DNA of 64,000 nt from Octopus vulgaris (GCA_951406725.2 OX597822.1:50220001-50284000), one strand, 5' to 3'; positions 24,981-38,354 are shown, counted from the stretch's first letter. The notes: generated from the letters alone by a model not told the origin. Numbers and translations are program-made.

Positions 24981-25990
24981 TTATTTTTAAAAATTTGCCA
25001 TCAAGGCATGATACAGAGTAGCTTGCTGGTTAGAGAAAGACATTGATGAGCAGAATGATGTTAAGGATGATATTAATGGGAGAAGACAAAAGGCCCCCGC
25101 CGATTTTCTGCTTCTCTAAAACAATATTCTCTTCTTTTCTCAACAGAAAAAGACAAAACAAGGTAATGAACCGCTCACTTCAGTTTTACAAATTTTTAGA
25201 CTAATAGTCCATATACCAAATGGGGGGGGGGGGTAAGCCTCTTAAACACGATAACTTGCAATAAACATTAAACGTTGTAACACTGAGGCTTTTCAACATC
25301 TTGTCAATATTCCTCCCCGACATCGCTTGTGTCCGTATATTCTAGCATTCTCCACCCCTCATTCAAGACCAAGATGGGATCCGAGCCGGCGTCACCCGGC
25401 CACAAGGGATATTCCTAATTGCGTTCCCGCAGCCTATACCCCACAGACACCTTTATGACCTCCACAGCTATCTGCGGAGGCCATTCGGGATCCTGTGTGA
25501 AGGCTAAAGGTACTCCATTATGGTGCCCTTCCACCACCTCTTGTACCTCTCCGCCTCTGTAGAAAAAGAATAATAGTTCCGATTCCTCCGGGATTGAGGT
25601 AGTCAATTTTACCGTTGGCGGCACAGTTCCCCCAACGGTGTCTCTTGACATGTCGGTGGCTCAACCCCTACCGACAAGGATCCGGAATATTCCGTTGCTA
25701 TGTCTCCGACTGCCGGCAATGTCCTATTTCTCCTCGTTTTCCTCTTTTTTCCCTCTCAACGCGTTTCAAAGGTAAAGACAATACGCCACTTCATTTGAAA
25801 CAGTCCTTCCCGCAAAACAAATTAAATAGAACTTGGGATTTTGGTGGAGGGTGAAAACGGACAGGTGAGGACGGTGAGGGCTGTTAAGCCAAGACGATGT
25901 GAGAAATTATGAATGCTGGAAAGACGAGCTATGAGAAGAGACATGTAAAAGCAAGTTTTTATGAAGGAAGTGGAAGAAGAAAATAGATCA
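24981..25990 (-). mobile_element. Unclassified element (copy 1) whose 3' end is fused to the SINE B head; 5' boundary uncertain
   Basis: 24981-25135 aligns with 56689-56850. Ends in an A-rich AAAAATAA on the minus strand. Confidence 0.65.
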
Positions 25991-26769
25991 CCTTTCATAA
26001 CGTATCAAATATGAGAGATTCAAGGAAGAAGAGTGAGAGAGAGAGGGAATGGTGAAAGGGAGAGGAGAAGAATACGGAAAGATTGGGAGAGGATACCAGA
26101 AAGAAAGAAGAACAAGAGAGAGAGACAGAGAAGAGATAAGAGAAGAATGCCCATATCTATATATATATATGTAATTATATATATGGGGACGTAAGTATGC
26201 GTGTATGTGTGCGTGCGTATGTGTGTGTATGTGTAGTGCGCACGCACGCATTTCCGTTATGTGTGTGTGTGTGGTGCTTACTGGTTGAAAGATAATTTGA
26301 TTGATAGATTAATTGATAAGATATAAAACAAGTTAGCTGGAAATTGAAATGAACTAACTTATATTATTTCAATCAGAAAACAATTATATATTAAAAGTAC
26401 ATTTTAAGCATCATATATGTGTCTCCTTTGACATTTCAATGCCAAAAATTAAATATCGCGTCATATAATTCTTACTGGATATCTTGATAAAAATTATGCG
26501 TGAATTACTCCTCGCATAGTCCTGTAGTTATTTAATTAGTCTGCATCTTTATCGTATCTTTCCAGTTAGCACTTTTGCAATATTCATCTAAAAGCATTTA
26601 TTATTTTCTTATCTCACAGACACTCTCACATTCATTTGAGCGGGAATAATATTGATTTTTAACAGAGAGCCGTTGTTGTACATATTTTATGTGTTCCTAC
26701 GGGTGTTCATGAATATTAGTTATCAAAAACTATTTTTATATCATACTTATGAAACGAATGAGAGGAATG

Positions 26770-26829
<60 letters not shown>

Positions 26830-26832
26830 ACG

Positions 26833-27222
26833 ATGGTGGTGTTTAGTGTAATAGCGTGTGGTGTGATGATGTTGGGAAGTGGTGGAGGCGAGACTAGGGA
26901 AAACTCTCTTCCTCCGACTCTTCTCTTCACTCGCACTCTCCTCTCTTCTCTCCTACCCACCTTCTCCCATCCCCCTTTGTCGTCACCCCATCGTAACCCA
27001 ACCCATCCCTTAAACCCACTCCCAAATATCTACCTCTACCTCTACCCTCAGCCTACCCACATCACCCCATCCCCCACATCCCCCACCCAGATTACCCAAA
27101 TATCCCTCCTCAAACCCACCCTCAGCTAACCCCCACCCGACCCTTGCTTTCCCCACTTTCGTCTCCCCAACCTCCCAGCACCATACAACCACACCACACA
27201 TCATTACACCATACACCACCAT
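26833..27222. repeat. About 70 bp imperfect inverted repeat enclosing a C-rich tract
   Basis: ATGGTGGTGTTTAGTGTAAT... versus ...ATTACACCATACACCACCAT. The interior has many C3-C5 runs. Confidence 0.6.
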
Positions 27223-27379
27223 ACCACAACGCCACATCACATGGCATCACACTACCACGCACACACTAGCACTGACCACTTCCCAGCCCCACATCCACAC
27301 ACGTCCACATACACACGCACACGTCAAGGTCACCAACCCTCTTCCACACGCACGCGCACCTTCGTTTTGGGATCACCAC

Positions 27380-27630
27380 TACTTTATTATCTCCCCTTCT
27401 TTCTAGCTCACCTGTGTCACCCCTCTGTCCGGCATTTCTATGATAGATCGCTAGCCATTACACATTCTTTATTTTCTCTCCTTATTTCTTTCTGTGTTTC
27501 TTTCTGTGGAAGAGCGTAGGCTCGAAACGTGAGAGACTTTTCATTTCCTGAGTGTTAAACTAATACATCTGTTTGTTGTCTACACCACCTGTATTCGTCT
27601 TTTGTTTTTCTTTTGTGAATTCTCCCTATA
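27380..27630 (+). mobile_element. Dispersed repeat resembling a Penelope pLTR end (related copies at about 18770-18880 + and 63645-63761 -)
   Basis: Shared GAGCGTAGGCTCGAAACGT...CCTGAG...CTAATACATCTGTTTGTT...CACCACCTGT...TTTTGTTT, ending at (TA)n. Confidence 0.6.
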
Positions 27631-28627
27631 TATATATATATACATACTCAATGCATACTTACACGCGCACACACACACATACACACACACACGCACACGT
27701 ATATGTATAAACAGAGAGTAAGCGAGTGAGAGAGAAAGAGAGCGGAAGAGGGAGATAAAAAAAAGGTAGGCTTGAAACGTATATATGCATGATACTTGCA
27801 GTTTTGTTTATTCCTTTATTCTGTAACCTGTATTTTGTGCTCCATATAAACATATGTCTTAAGCCTACTTGTATTTATATAACTTACTACTTCCCAAACA
27901 TCTTGGTAAGGATTGTTCTTTGAGTTAACTTTAGATGCAAACGCACTGGTCTTGAATGAAGCGGTTAGAGTTCCCATCCATTATATCACTTCTGTATTAT
28001 ATATACTATGCTTATTTTGCGTCAGCCTACACAGTGTATTTATACGAATACATACATACATATATACATACATAGATATATACATACATATATATAGTGG
28101 AAAGCTCGTCAAAACTTATTCATATTGTTAAAGAAATGTTTCGTGTTAAAGAACACTCACTGGGTGGAAAGGGGAAATTATCCGTCAGCTGACATGGCGT
28201 CAGACGGAAGAGGATCGCTTGGCCTCTTTGGCACTGGATGTCTCATTATATAGTGTCAGTAATAGGAAATTAAAATTGAATGTAACAATCAATCCTAGCG
28301 TTTTTCTGCTTGTTATTGTGGAATGAGGAAAAAATGAGAGTGAGAGAGTGAAAGATAGAGGAAGACAAGAAGAAAGAGAGAGTGATATAAAAATGTGCTT
28401 GGGCGTGTATATGTATGTGTGTAAGTGCTTGGTGTGGGGATGATGTGACAAGAGGTGTTTGAGAAAAATATAATGGAAAATAGAACATCGATTAAAGATT
28501 CGGTTCGCTAATATTTGTTTTAATTCGTGTTTGTGCGCGTATTTGCATGTATGAATGAATATGCATGTTTATGACTGAAAGGTTATAATTCGGTTGAGAT
28601 TTTGTCATCATTAATAAGAATGAAAAC

Positions 28628-28812
28628 AGTGAACTGACAGAATCGTTAGTATGCCTGACAAAATACTTACCGACATTTCTTCCGGCTTTATATTGAGTTC
28701 ATATATCGACTTTGCCGTTGTCCTTTCGAGGTCGTTGAAATAATTACCATTTCAACTATGAGGTCACTCTAATCGACTAGCACCCTCTCCACCCAAATTT
28801 CAGACCTTGAGT
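28628..28812 (+). mobile_element. SINE family A, decayed
   Basis: GAACTGACAGAATCGTTAG...GAGTTCA...TCGACTTTGCC...CCTTTCGAGGTCG. Confidence 0.8.
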
Positions 28813-29339
28813 GATACAATAACTGACTATTCAACAGCACAGATCACACATAGAAGAAATTACGACGTTTAGCCACAAAAATGTAATGAATTATTTAATG
28901 TACTTCTTCTCTTTATGATGTTCACTACGCCTTAATTCTTATATTCATTTTCTAAGTGGCGTTTCTAAGTTGTTTCTCAGTTTCAATTTTCTGTGTTCGA
29001 CTTCCAGTTTCCAATTATCTTCTAAAATAGCACTGAACCGCCAACGAATTTGGTAGGCGAAAAGTGAGTGGAAGCCCAACGTTTATACACACACACACAC
29101 ACAAATATGTAAACAAATATGTAAACAACATCGAACACACACAGGGTGTGTGCATTTTGTGTTTTTTGTGTATTCCTCTGCCGGCAATTTATCTCTAATT
29201 ATCGACTTGAAGGTGTTGATAATTCATTCAATAGCCGTGCTTTTAGTATATGTCGTTATGTATACTTTGCTTTTAGGTGGAATTTTGCTGGGCGGTGTGC
29301 TATGCTTGTCTGTACTTCTGTTTGCTTGTCTACATGGTG

Positions 29340-29700
29340 ACCGCAGACTATCTGGGATGGTTTCCTTTTTGTGGAACGTTACTGGTGGTAATGTATGCTG
29401 TGTGGGTGTCCCTTGTGTGCTGTGTGCTTGCTGTATAACCTCCTCTGTTTTACCGTTCTTCCTATTCTATTTTGTAATTTTAGTGGGTGTATTCACCGTT
29501 TTCTTTCTTTCCCTTTTCGATACTTCGGTGACTCTATCCATCTCTGTATCTTCCACACCTTCCTCCTGGGCTCGGGCTGCCGGTACGCCTACTTTGTTCT
29601 TCCTGGTTCTCTGTGGTTTCACTGCTTATCTGGGAGCACTTTATTTTAATGTGCCGTTTTCTCCACAGTGGTAGCAGGTGGGCCTTCTTTACTTTACCAT
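29340..29700 (-). pseudogene. gag-like/LINE ORF1 remnant with CCHC zinc knuckle
   Basis: Minus strand reads RRPTCYHCGENG/(1-nt deletion)HIKIKC = CX2CX4HX4C, followed by E/K/T-rich sequence. Confidence 0.65.
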
Positions 29701-29821
29701 CTCAAATATACTTTCTAGCACATTGAACTGGAACAAAACAAAAACATGTAAAAGCATAAATTACACCTATAAGAAACATATTGATTAAAAAGTAAATTCA
29801 AATATGCAGACGCACACACAC

Positions 29822-30075
29822 TCATGGTACACTTAGCAACCGTGATCTCTTAAGGCCTCGGGCCTGTCGAAGCCTTGTGAATGGATTTCGTAGAAGGAAA
29901 CTGAAAGAAACCCATGGTAAATATATATATGAGTGGCTATGTAGTAAGTAGCTTCCTTACAAACCACATGATTCCGGGTTCAGTCCCACTGTGTGACACC
30001 TTGGGCAAATGACTTCTAATATAACCCCGTGCAGACCAAAGCCTTCTGAGTGGAGTTTTGTAACGGAAACTGAAA
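29822..30075 (+). mobile_element. Two tandem SINE B head fragments
   Basis: GAGTGGCTATGTAGTAAGTAGCTTCC...CCGGGTTCAGTCCCACTG and a preceding GCCTCGGGCC...GGAAACTGAAAGAA. Confidence 0.8.
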
Positions 30076-30465
30076 TGAAGGAATAAAACTCGTCAATAAG
30101 ACATTTTAACAGAATATGTAAAGTGATGAACTGAACGTGATTAAGTTTTAAAAATAAAACGTTAGAGGATATGATGTCAAAGGTAGCCTATAGGAAGAAG
30201 AGGGGTAAAGGAATAAAAAATTCAGAAACCAAATAGGGGACGAAAGGACAAAACTTATACACAGTCAAAATACGCATATATACATACACACAAGTGATTG
30301 ATAAATATTATACGCACATGCAGCCAGCCCTACAAGCACTCAGATACTCAGACACACACATCTACTAAATATGTAAAGATTTTAAATATACATAAACATA
30401 GATGCATGTTTAAATCAATATAAACGGAACCATCTGCGGAAAAATATATATATATACATACGTGA

Positions 30466-30536
<71 letters not shown>

Positions 30537-30552
30537 CACACACACATATATA

Positions 30553-31052
<500 letters not shown>

Positions 31053-31743
31053 GTATACGAGCACATAAATAATCCTTTGAACGTAGACATATAGCCACTC
31101 CCTAAGGATGAATTCTTTTAAATTGAATCTACCAGAGGGATTATTAGAAGTAATTTGTCTGAATCATATATATCAAATAATATTTAAGATTAAAACTATA
31201 TAAGTGTGTACGTACGGAAGTTCAGATGTGTAGAATTACGGAAACATGACTGTCTCCATTTTGTAGCAACTTTAATAATACTTAATAGTAAGGGCTCAAT
31301 ATGTATGGATTGGCCTCTTCAGATTCAGCCTTCCATACATTGTAAATATAAAGAGAACATTTTGCGTGTATATTTAGAGTTAAATTGTTGGTGTAATTAT
31401 ACTCTTCCAGTGATCTGATTAGCTAGCTTTTTGCATATGCTTTAATTTGTGAATATACAATTGTATTCTGTAATACGGAGCATACACATTAATGCAAATA
31501 TATATGCATTTTTTCTCCCTAACTGAAATTAATAATACCTCATGTTTGCGAAATGACTCTAATACATTGGAAATTCACCTCCCATTCCTTCTGACTTTAT
31601 GGTTTTATATACTCCTCATGAAAAATTTCATCGTTTGGATTTTCTACGTGTTCGGTTATATAGACACTCATCATTACACTTCTTGGCAATTGGTTAATAT
31701 AAGGACTGATAGCCGAGTCTGTAAGAGCATCTTTCTGTGATAA

Positions 31744-31803
31744 CCGCATCTTTCGATACGCATATGTACACACCCGCATCTTTCGATACGCATATGTACA
31801 CAC
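31744..31803. repeat. 30 bp perfect tandem duplication
   Basis: CCGCATCTTTCGATACGCATATGTACACAC x2. Confidence 0.9.
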
Positions 31804-34134
31804 ACGCCATCTCCCACATATATGACATGGCATCTACTATGTCCCAGTTAAAGCACTCAAAGAAGTCTAGTGTGAAAAATATATGATGATAAATGCTAGA
31901 ATGTCTATGACGACAGTTATTCTGATTCACGAAATCTATGTGTGACAAATAACAGCATTAACAATATAAATACGAAATTTAGTGGGGAATGGAAACCGAC
32001 CTGCCAGTCTTACATATCAGAAATTATAGTTTGACTTCGTCCCTAATTCTCAATACAAATCCTTATAATTATCAGTTTACCACATCTCTAGCGTTATGTG
32101 TAGTTCCACTAGTTGAGGAGCTAAATAATAATAAAAGCAATATACGCACTGGGAAAGAATGTGAGAATAATGGATATCCGTTCAGGAGGAACACGCCCTA
32201 TACATCCAGGAATCGGATTTGTTATTGTAAAATTTTCATTATTTTTATAACTATTATGAAATATTTTAAATAAAAGTTAACAAAAACATACATAGTTATA
32301 GCAAAACTCGAGTAGAACTAAAATGTAATATTGATGCCGATGAAGTGAATTATTAAATGACTTCCCTTTGGCAAAAAGATTAATTATAACATTAAGAAGC
32401 ACGTTAATGAAAACATAAAATCAATCAGTAGATCCTGTACAACAACAATAATGAATAATTCACAAGTCAAATGTCTAAACAGTAATTATTTTAACGATTT
32501 GACTGTGAAATAATGTCTATGAAAGTAAAATTAATAAAACCATATAAATTACATTTCCTTAATTTTTGAAATGATTTTAGTGGAGTTCCATAAATAACAT
32601 ATACTAGTAAGACATTTTTCATATTCATTTCTATAACCAATAATTAATTAAATTTATAGTTCCTGATCTTAATACAAATGCCTCATTTCTTATTCGTTAG
32701 ATAGCAAATTACACATTTTGTGGCAAAATTATTAGGAATCGACTACTTTCCGAAAATTCTGTTGATATACCTACGCATTGTTAACTATATAGATTAAAAT
32801 AAAAATGAAAGAGCAAAACATTTGGCATTACTCGAAAAAGAACCACCATTTAATTTAGATACAGAATATCAACATTTAGGGTTCCTTACAACTGTTTCTT
32901 GTGTAGCCAAGCATGTGAATCATGATATTGTGTAAAAATTCCATAATCATTCTGTTATCAGAAAGGTAGAAGCCAGAAAATTATAAAAATAAGGAAATAT
33001 CCCCAATCGTGTATTCAAGTTTGTTAACAATGAAGGAAGGGTCAGAGTAAACTAGTTGTTATGTTTAACACAGTTCGTTTTACACGAATAATTAATAAAG
33101 TCATAGGTAAGGTCCATTAGCAGAATCATATAGGGATGCTTGATGATAATCCATTGCAAGAAATAATGGAAGATACCAGTTACATTTTTGATTAGACGAG
33201 TGAATGAGGGTTGAGTAGGTGTATTATGCTACAATGTGAAGAAATATTCAGAATGGTAGGTGCACTAAAGTAGATATACACTTGACTGTATAGAGAGGGC
33301 ATTTTTATCAAAAGAAGTTAGGAGCTGTATGCACATAAACATATAGATAAGGGATGAGGAATAGCAGATGTCAGATACTTTCATCTTTTAGCTGACCACC
33401 AGCTCTGAACAGAGTTCTAAGATCGCAAGTGTGGGAGGGAATGGGTTAGGATGGTATTAAAGAGGCTGTAAAAGGATGAATAACTCAAATTATAGTGAGC
33501 GTGATACTACTTGTGGTGAGGGGTGATTTACGGCTCACCTGGTTATAATGTTGCTAGAAACTGATATTCATAATATTAATTACAAGTTAAACGTTTGCAG
33601 TGTTACTTAAAGTGCATTTTCGTTGGGAATCGAAGAATCAAAATAAAAATCTAAAGATGACAAATAATAAATAAATAATTGACATTATTTTAGCAAGTTT
33701 AAATAAAGTGTAATTATATAGCCCAGGAATGAAGCAAATATACTAATAATAATGGACAATGGACACTAGTTATCATATAAGTGAACCAGTGAAAATATAG
33801 GGGAAGTTATATTGATTAGATATCTTATTATTCTGTTTATAATTCCATAACAGTGAGAAGAGAAGGCATAGCGGTGTTCAATTAATAACAAAAGTGTTGT
33901 AACTGAAAGCGTATTCGATTAGTTATGATATGTATCTGGAACGCGTTAAATGTGAATTAACGGAAATAATGAAGATCTATAAAAAGAAGAAAGAGTATAT
34001 GATGACCCTGTAGGTATTCTACTATAATTGAGTTCATATTATATATAAACTATATATCAGTAAGAAGCAGAGGTAATTGTGTTAGTGCAATGAGACTCGT
34101 GGTAAAACATAGATAATTATTTAAAATGTGGAGC

Positions 34135-34620
34135 CTGGTAGAGAAGGATTCATGTTATTTGTTTAATAACTGTGTTGAGTGATGTGATAGGATTTGTATA
34201 GTTTTCCTCAAACATAACTAGCAGGGGACATTTTAGCCTTACTATGGAGGACGGGAGTCAATGATAGACCATGTTATGTTATGTGTTATGTTGTTTTTCC
34301 TAAGGTAGTGTATGTGCTCTGCCAGGGACGTAGATCTACAATGTTTTTCATAACTGAGTTTAAATACGCAGAATATCTTTGCTTAACATTAATAGTTGCT
34401 CCAATATAAATCTTAGTAGAGTTTTGGGGTTTATTCAGGACCCTGTACTTATAAGTCACATTAGACCACATTGCAGTGATCTTGCAACAAGCATTTATTC
34501 ATTCGTGCTGTTATTGTAGGTATTGGCGATTGAAAGCGTAAATGTTCCTGACTTATGCGAGAAAGGGCAGCGTAATTGTCGCAGTTTGTAACAGACTCCT
34601 TATTATCGTAATTGGTACTA
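34135..34620 (-). pseudogene. Penelope-like GIY-YIG endonuclease remnant
   Basis: NKCLLQDHC..NVTYKYRV...KIYIGATINVKQRY (VIY...YIG.T...K.R pattern). Confidence 0.7.
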
Positions 34621-34706
34621 CTGATGTTATTTACCTGTTTGGTTGAGGCTATCGACTTAACTCCCAACCCTGAAGATTCCAGGCCTTGTACCTTCAGAAG
34701 AAAGGT

Positions 34707-35217
34707 TTGTTGAGGAAGCGAGCAGCGCATACCATCAAAGTGACACCGGGGTGCAAACATAAGAAGCCCAAAATAACCACTATATATACATGTTGGATAA
34801 GGGCACACCATGTACATGCAACACAACAATATGTGCGCGACATGGTGTTCTCATGTGAAGATATACAGTGCAACACACTGCAGATGGGGACCAGTTATAA
34901 TTTTCTTCAGGACAAGTAGCCCAATCCGCTGAAAAGGTCCCTGAATAAGCTTTGTTTAGGGTTATGAACGAAGCACCCATGTTTCCAGAGGTGAATTATT
35001 CATATCTCAATTCTGCTTAACACATGTCTATGATGCTCTCCCACTACTTCTGCGCCTGATCAGAAATGCACATATCATCAGTCAATAAAGGAACATTTTC
35101 AACTGGTTAAGGTCAAACAAATGACAAGCAAATCCGTAGTATTGAGTAGCCTATCTTCTTCTTCTTCTTCTTAATCTTCATCTTCTTCTTCTACCTCTTC
35201 TTCTTCTTCTTCTTCTT

Positions 35218-35248
<31 letters not shown>

Positions 35249-35254
35249 TTCTTC

Positions 35255-35303
<49 letters not shown>

Positions 35304-35506
35304 CATTATTATTATTATTATTATTATTACTATTATTATTATTATTTTTAACATTATTATTATTACTGACGAGCAAATCTGTGGTATTGAGCAGAATATT
35401 TGCTGTAGCCCATCTGATATACCAAGATAAAACAATGTACATGATAACACTTCCAATCAGTTAAGATCAGAAGCCACGAGAGGCACTGCCTGGTACTGCA
35501 TCAGGG

Positions 35507-35508
<2 letters not shown>
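34707..35508 (-). mobile_element. About 800 bp non-coding repeat associated with (TAA)n, split by (CTT)n(TTA)n
   Basis: No ORF. 28 nt are duplicated across the microsatellite (35122-35149 versus 35367-35394, 24/28 identical). Abuts (TTA)n. Confidence 0.5.
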
Positions 35509-35546
<38 letters not shown>

Positions 35547-35547
35547 G

Positions 35548-35847
35548 TTCAGTAGTTTTATTTTTATAGCGTGCTTTCACTTCACTACCGAGCGCAGCTC
35601 TGAGTGCCTTGGGTATGTGCTGTGATTTGTTGTGATGCTCTGATGGTTATTGTATGGAAAGTGTTCTGCGTAGGATGTGTGCAGTGCCTAGTAGTGCAAT
35701 TTTCTGTATGTTATATGTGTTTGTAAGTCCTGGTGTTTTTGTTATATATTTGTCTGAATATTTTTTTATCATGCCTAATGCACCTACTATGATAGGAATT
35801 GTTTCTGTTTTCAGGTTCCACATTCTAGTTACCTCTATTTCCAGGTC

Positions 35848-35849
<2 letters not shown>
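35548..35849 (-). mobile_element. R4/Dong-like 3' end (third subfamily)
   Basis: DLEIEVTRMWNLKTETIPIIVGALGMI...IQKIALLGTAHILRRTLSIQ*, then 3' UTR and (TAA)n. Confidence 0.88.
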
Positions 35850-35905
<56 letters not shown>

Positions 35906-35907
35906 TA

Positions 35908-37948
35908 TGAGTTTTTCTTCTTCCTTCAAATTTGCTTCTTTTTCTTGCCGAGTGTTTTCCCGACTCCTATGGCAAAGAAATCCATAGTATACATTGGTAG
36001 GCCATTAAACTAAACTCACTAGTTCGTTCATTTTTTTTTTATAGAAATAAAGTTAAACTAAAATACATGGGTAGTAATAGTTCTCACATCGACAATATCT
36101 CTTCTCAATACGTGTGATGTACCAGTTAAGACAATCTTTTGCACTTCTTGCAGGGATGGTAAGCCAGGGATCATTCTCATATAATTTTCGGTTCCCTTCT
36201 TTATCATCCCTAGTGCTCCTACTATCACTGGTATTGTAACCCCATTTTCTCAATTTCAATGAGCAGGTCTTTATATTTTCTGAGCTTGTCAAATTCTTTC
36301 GCCGAGATATTATGATCACAGGGGATGTTCATGTCGATCAATAAGCAAACTTTATTGTATTGGTCTTTCACAACAATATCCGGTTTATTGGCTTTGATGG
36401 TTCGGTCTGTATGTACTGGAAAGTCCCACAGAATCATTACATTTCCTCCTTCAGTTACAGCTTCAGGGTGGTGATTATACCATTTGTCGGCAGTTTTGAT
36501 ACTGCAATGCCGACTTATTAGCCAGCGTAGATATTGGCCAACTTTGTCATGTCTTAATTTATACTCCACTGGTGCTAAGACTTTACATCCAGAGATTAGG
36601 TGGTCCACTGTTTCAATCATGTCGTTGCAGAATCGGCATTTTGGGTCTGCTCTATTTTTCATCACATTGGCCTGGTAGTTCCGGGTTAATAGGCTTTCAT
36701 CTTGAGCAGCCAGGATGAAACCTTCGCTCTCTGCTTTTAGCCTTGAGCTCCGTAGCCACTGATGGGTTGCTTCTGGTCAACATCAGCTTGTTTGCTACGG
36801 GCGACATATTTGCCGTGCAGATGTTTCTCCTCCCACCTATCAGCCAATTGCTCATGCGCTTTTTTCGTTGCCATTATTTTCACCTTCTTTGCAACAATAG
36901 TTGCCGTACTTCCCTCGGGTTGTTCAGTTTGGGTATCCTGCACGAGATCAATAGCATATTTTTTGCTTTTCTTTATGATAGAATGAAGCTTCTTTCGTCT
37001 CTCGTGATTTTCCACGAGCTTTAGCATCCAGTCATTCGTTATTTCAAGATATTTGGCCAGTCCAATTGTGGTTGTTTTGTAAGCTAGTTCAAATTGGATC
37101 AGGCCTTGACCTCCTTGGGCTCTGGGGAGGTAAAGGCGATCTACGTCTTCCTTTGGGTGGTGCATCATATTAAGACTCAGCAGTTTGGGTATTTTCCTAT
37201 CTATTTTCTTTACTTCACTCATATTCCAGTTCAAAACATTGTAGCTCTAAGTAACAACTGGGACTGCTAATGAATTTATAGCTAACACCTTGTTACGTGC
37301 ATATAGTTCAGATTTCAGGACTGCTCGAACTCTCCTATAACATTCCTTCCTGATCTTCTCTTTCATGCTTGCATGCTGAATACCAGAGCCTTCATTTATC
37401 CCTAAATATTTGTAGGTTTGTTCTTGCTCAAGCTCTCTTATGACTGTGTCAACATCTAACACAACTGAATTTGTGGTCTTCACTTTCCCTTTCTGGAAAG
37501 TGGCCTTGGCAAACTCCTCAAGCCTAAACTCCACCCCAATGTCATCACTGAATGCTTTCACAGTGCGCAATAGGTCTTCAAGTTCATTATCGTCTTTACC
37601 ATAGAGTTTTAATTCATCCATATAAAATAGATGGCTTATTTTTTTATTGACAATTTTATACCCATACCCCATTCTGTTCAATTCACTTGTAAGGGGTATT
37701 AGGCCTATGCAGAATATTAGAGGTGAAAGTAAGTCACCTTGAAAAATGCCACAGTTGATGTTTATATTCTCTCAGGCAAGTACTCCGTTAGAGTGGTATA
37801 ACTGGAGATTCGTATTCCACAACGACATATTATACTTCAGGAAGCTTGAAATCACGGGTGAAATTTTGAAGATGTCCAGCGATTTCAAGATCCATAAATG
37901 CGGTATACGGTCGAAGGCCTTTTTATAGTCAATCCATGCGGAGCTGAG
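35908..37948 (-). mobile_element. 5'-truncated R4/Dong-like retrotransposon: RT, CCHC and RLE domains, frameshifted
   Basis: AWIDYKKAFDRIPH, GIFQGDLLSPL, HLFYMDELKLY, YKYLGI, CRFCNDMIETVDHLISGC, KPDIVV...LLIDMNIP. (TTA)n on both flanks. Confidence 0.93.
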
Positions 37949-38001
<53 letters not shown>

Positions 38002-38024
38002 CATTATTATTATTATTATTATTA

Positions 38025-38079
<55 letters not shown>

Positions 38080-38322
38080 TACTATTATCATTGTTATTAT
38101 TATTACTACTATTATCATTGTTATTATTATTACTACTATTATTATTGTTATTATTATTATTACTACTATTATTATTGTTATTATTATTATTATCATTATT
38201 GTTATTATTATTATTATTATTATTTTTATTTTTATTTTTATTATTATCATTATTATTATTATTATCAATATTATTATTTTTATTATTATTATTATCATTA
38301 TTATTGTTATTATTATTATTAT

Positions 38323-38354
<32 letters not shown>

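Noticed and set aside
29150-29674. 174 aa hydrophobic ORF resembling a membrane protein
   Set aside because: It is the antisense of an A-rich gag-like remnant; the hydrophobicity comes from T-rich codons.
31744-31803. 30 bp direct repeat resembling a CRISPR repeat in length
   Set aside because: Two adjacent units with no spacer, eukaryotic context and no cas genes.
35366-35410. CTGACGA followed by a GCAAAT/ATTTGC stem, suggesting a hammerhead
   Set aside because: No GAAA follows the stem and there is no stem I/III. Other lone CTGANGA hits (about 7223, 12823, 14065, 17172, 18114, 51451) fail the same way.
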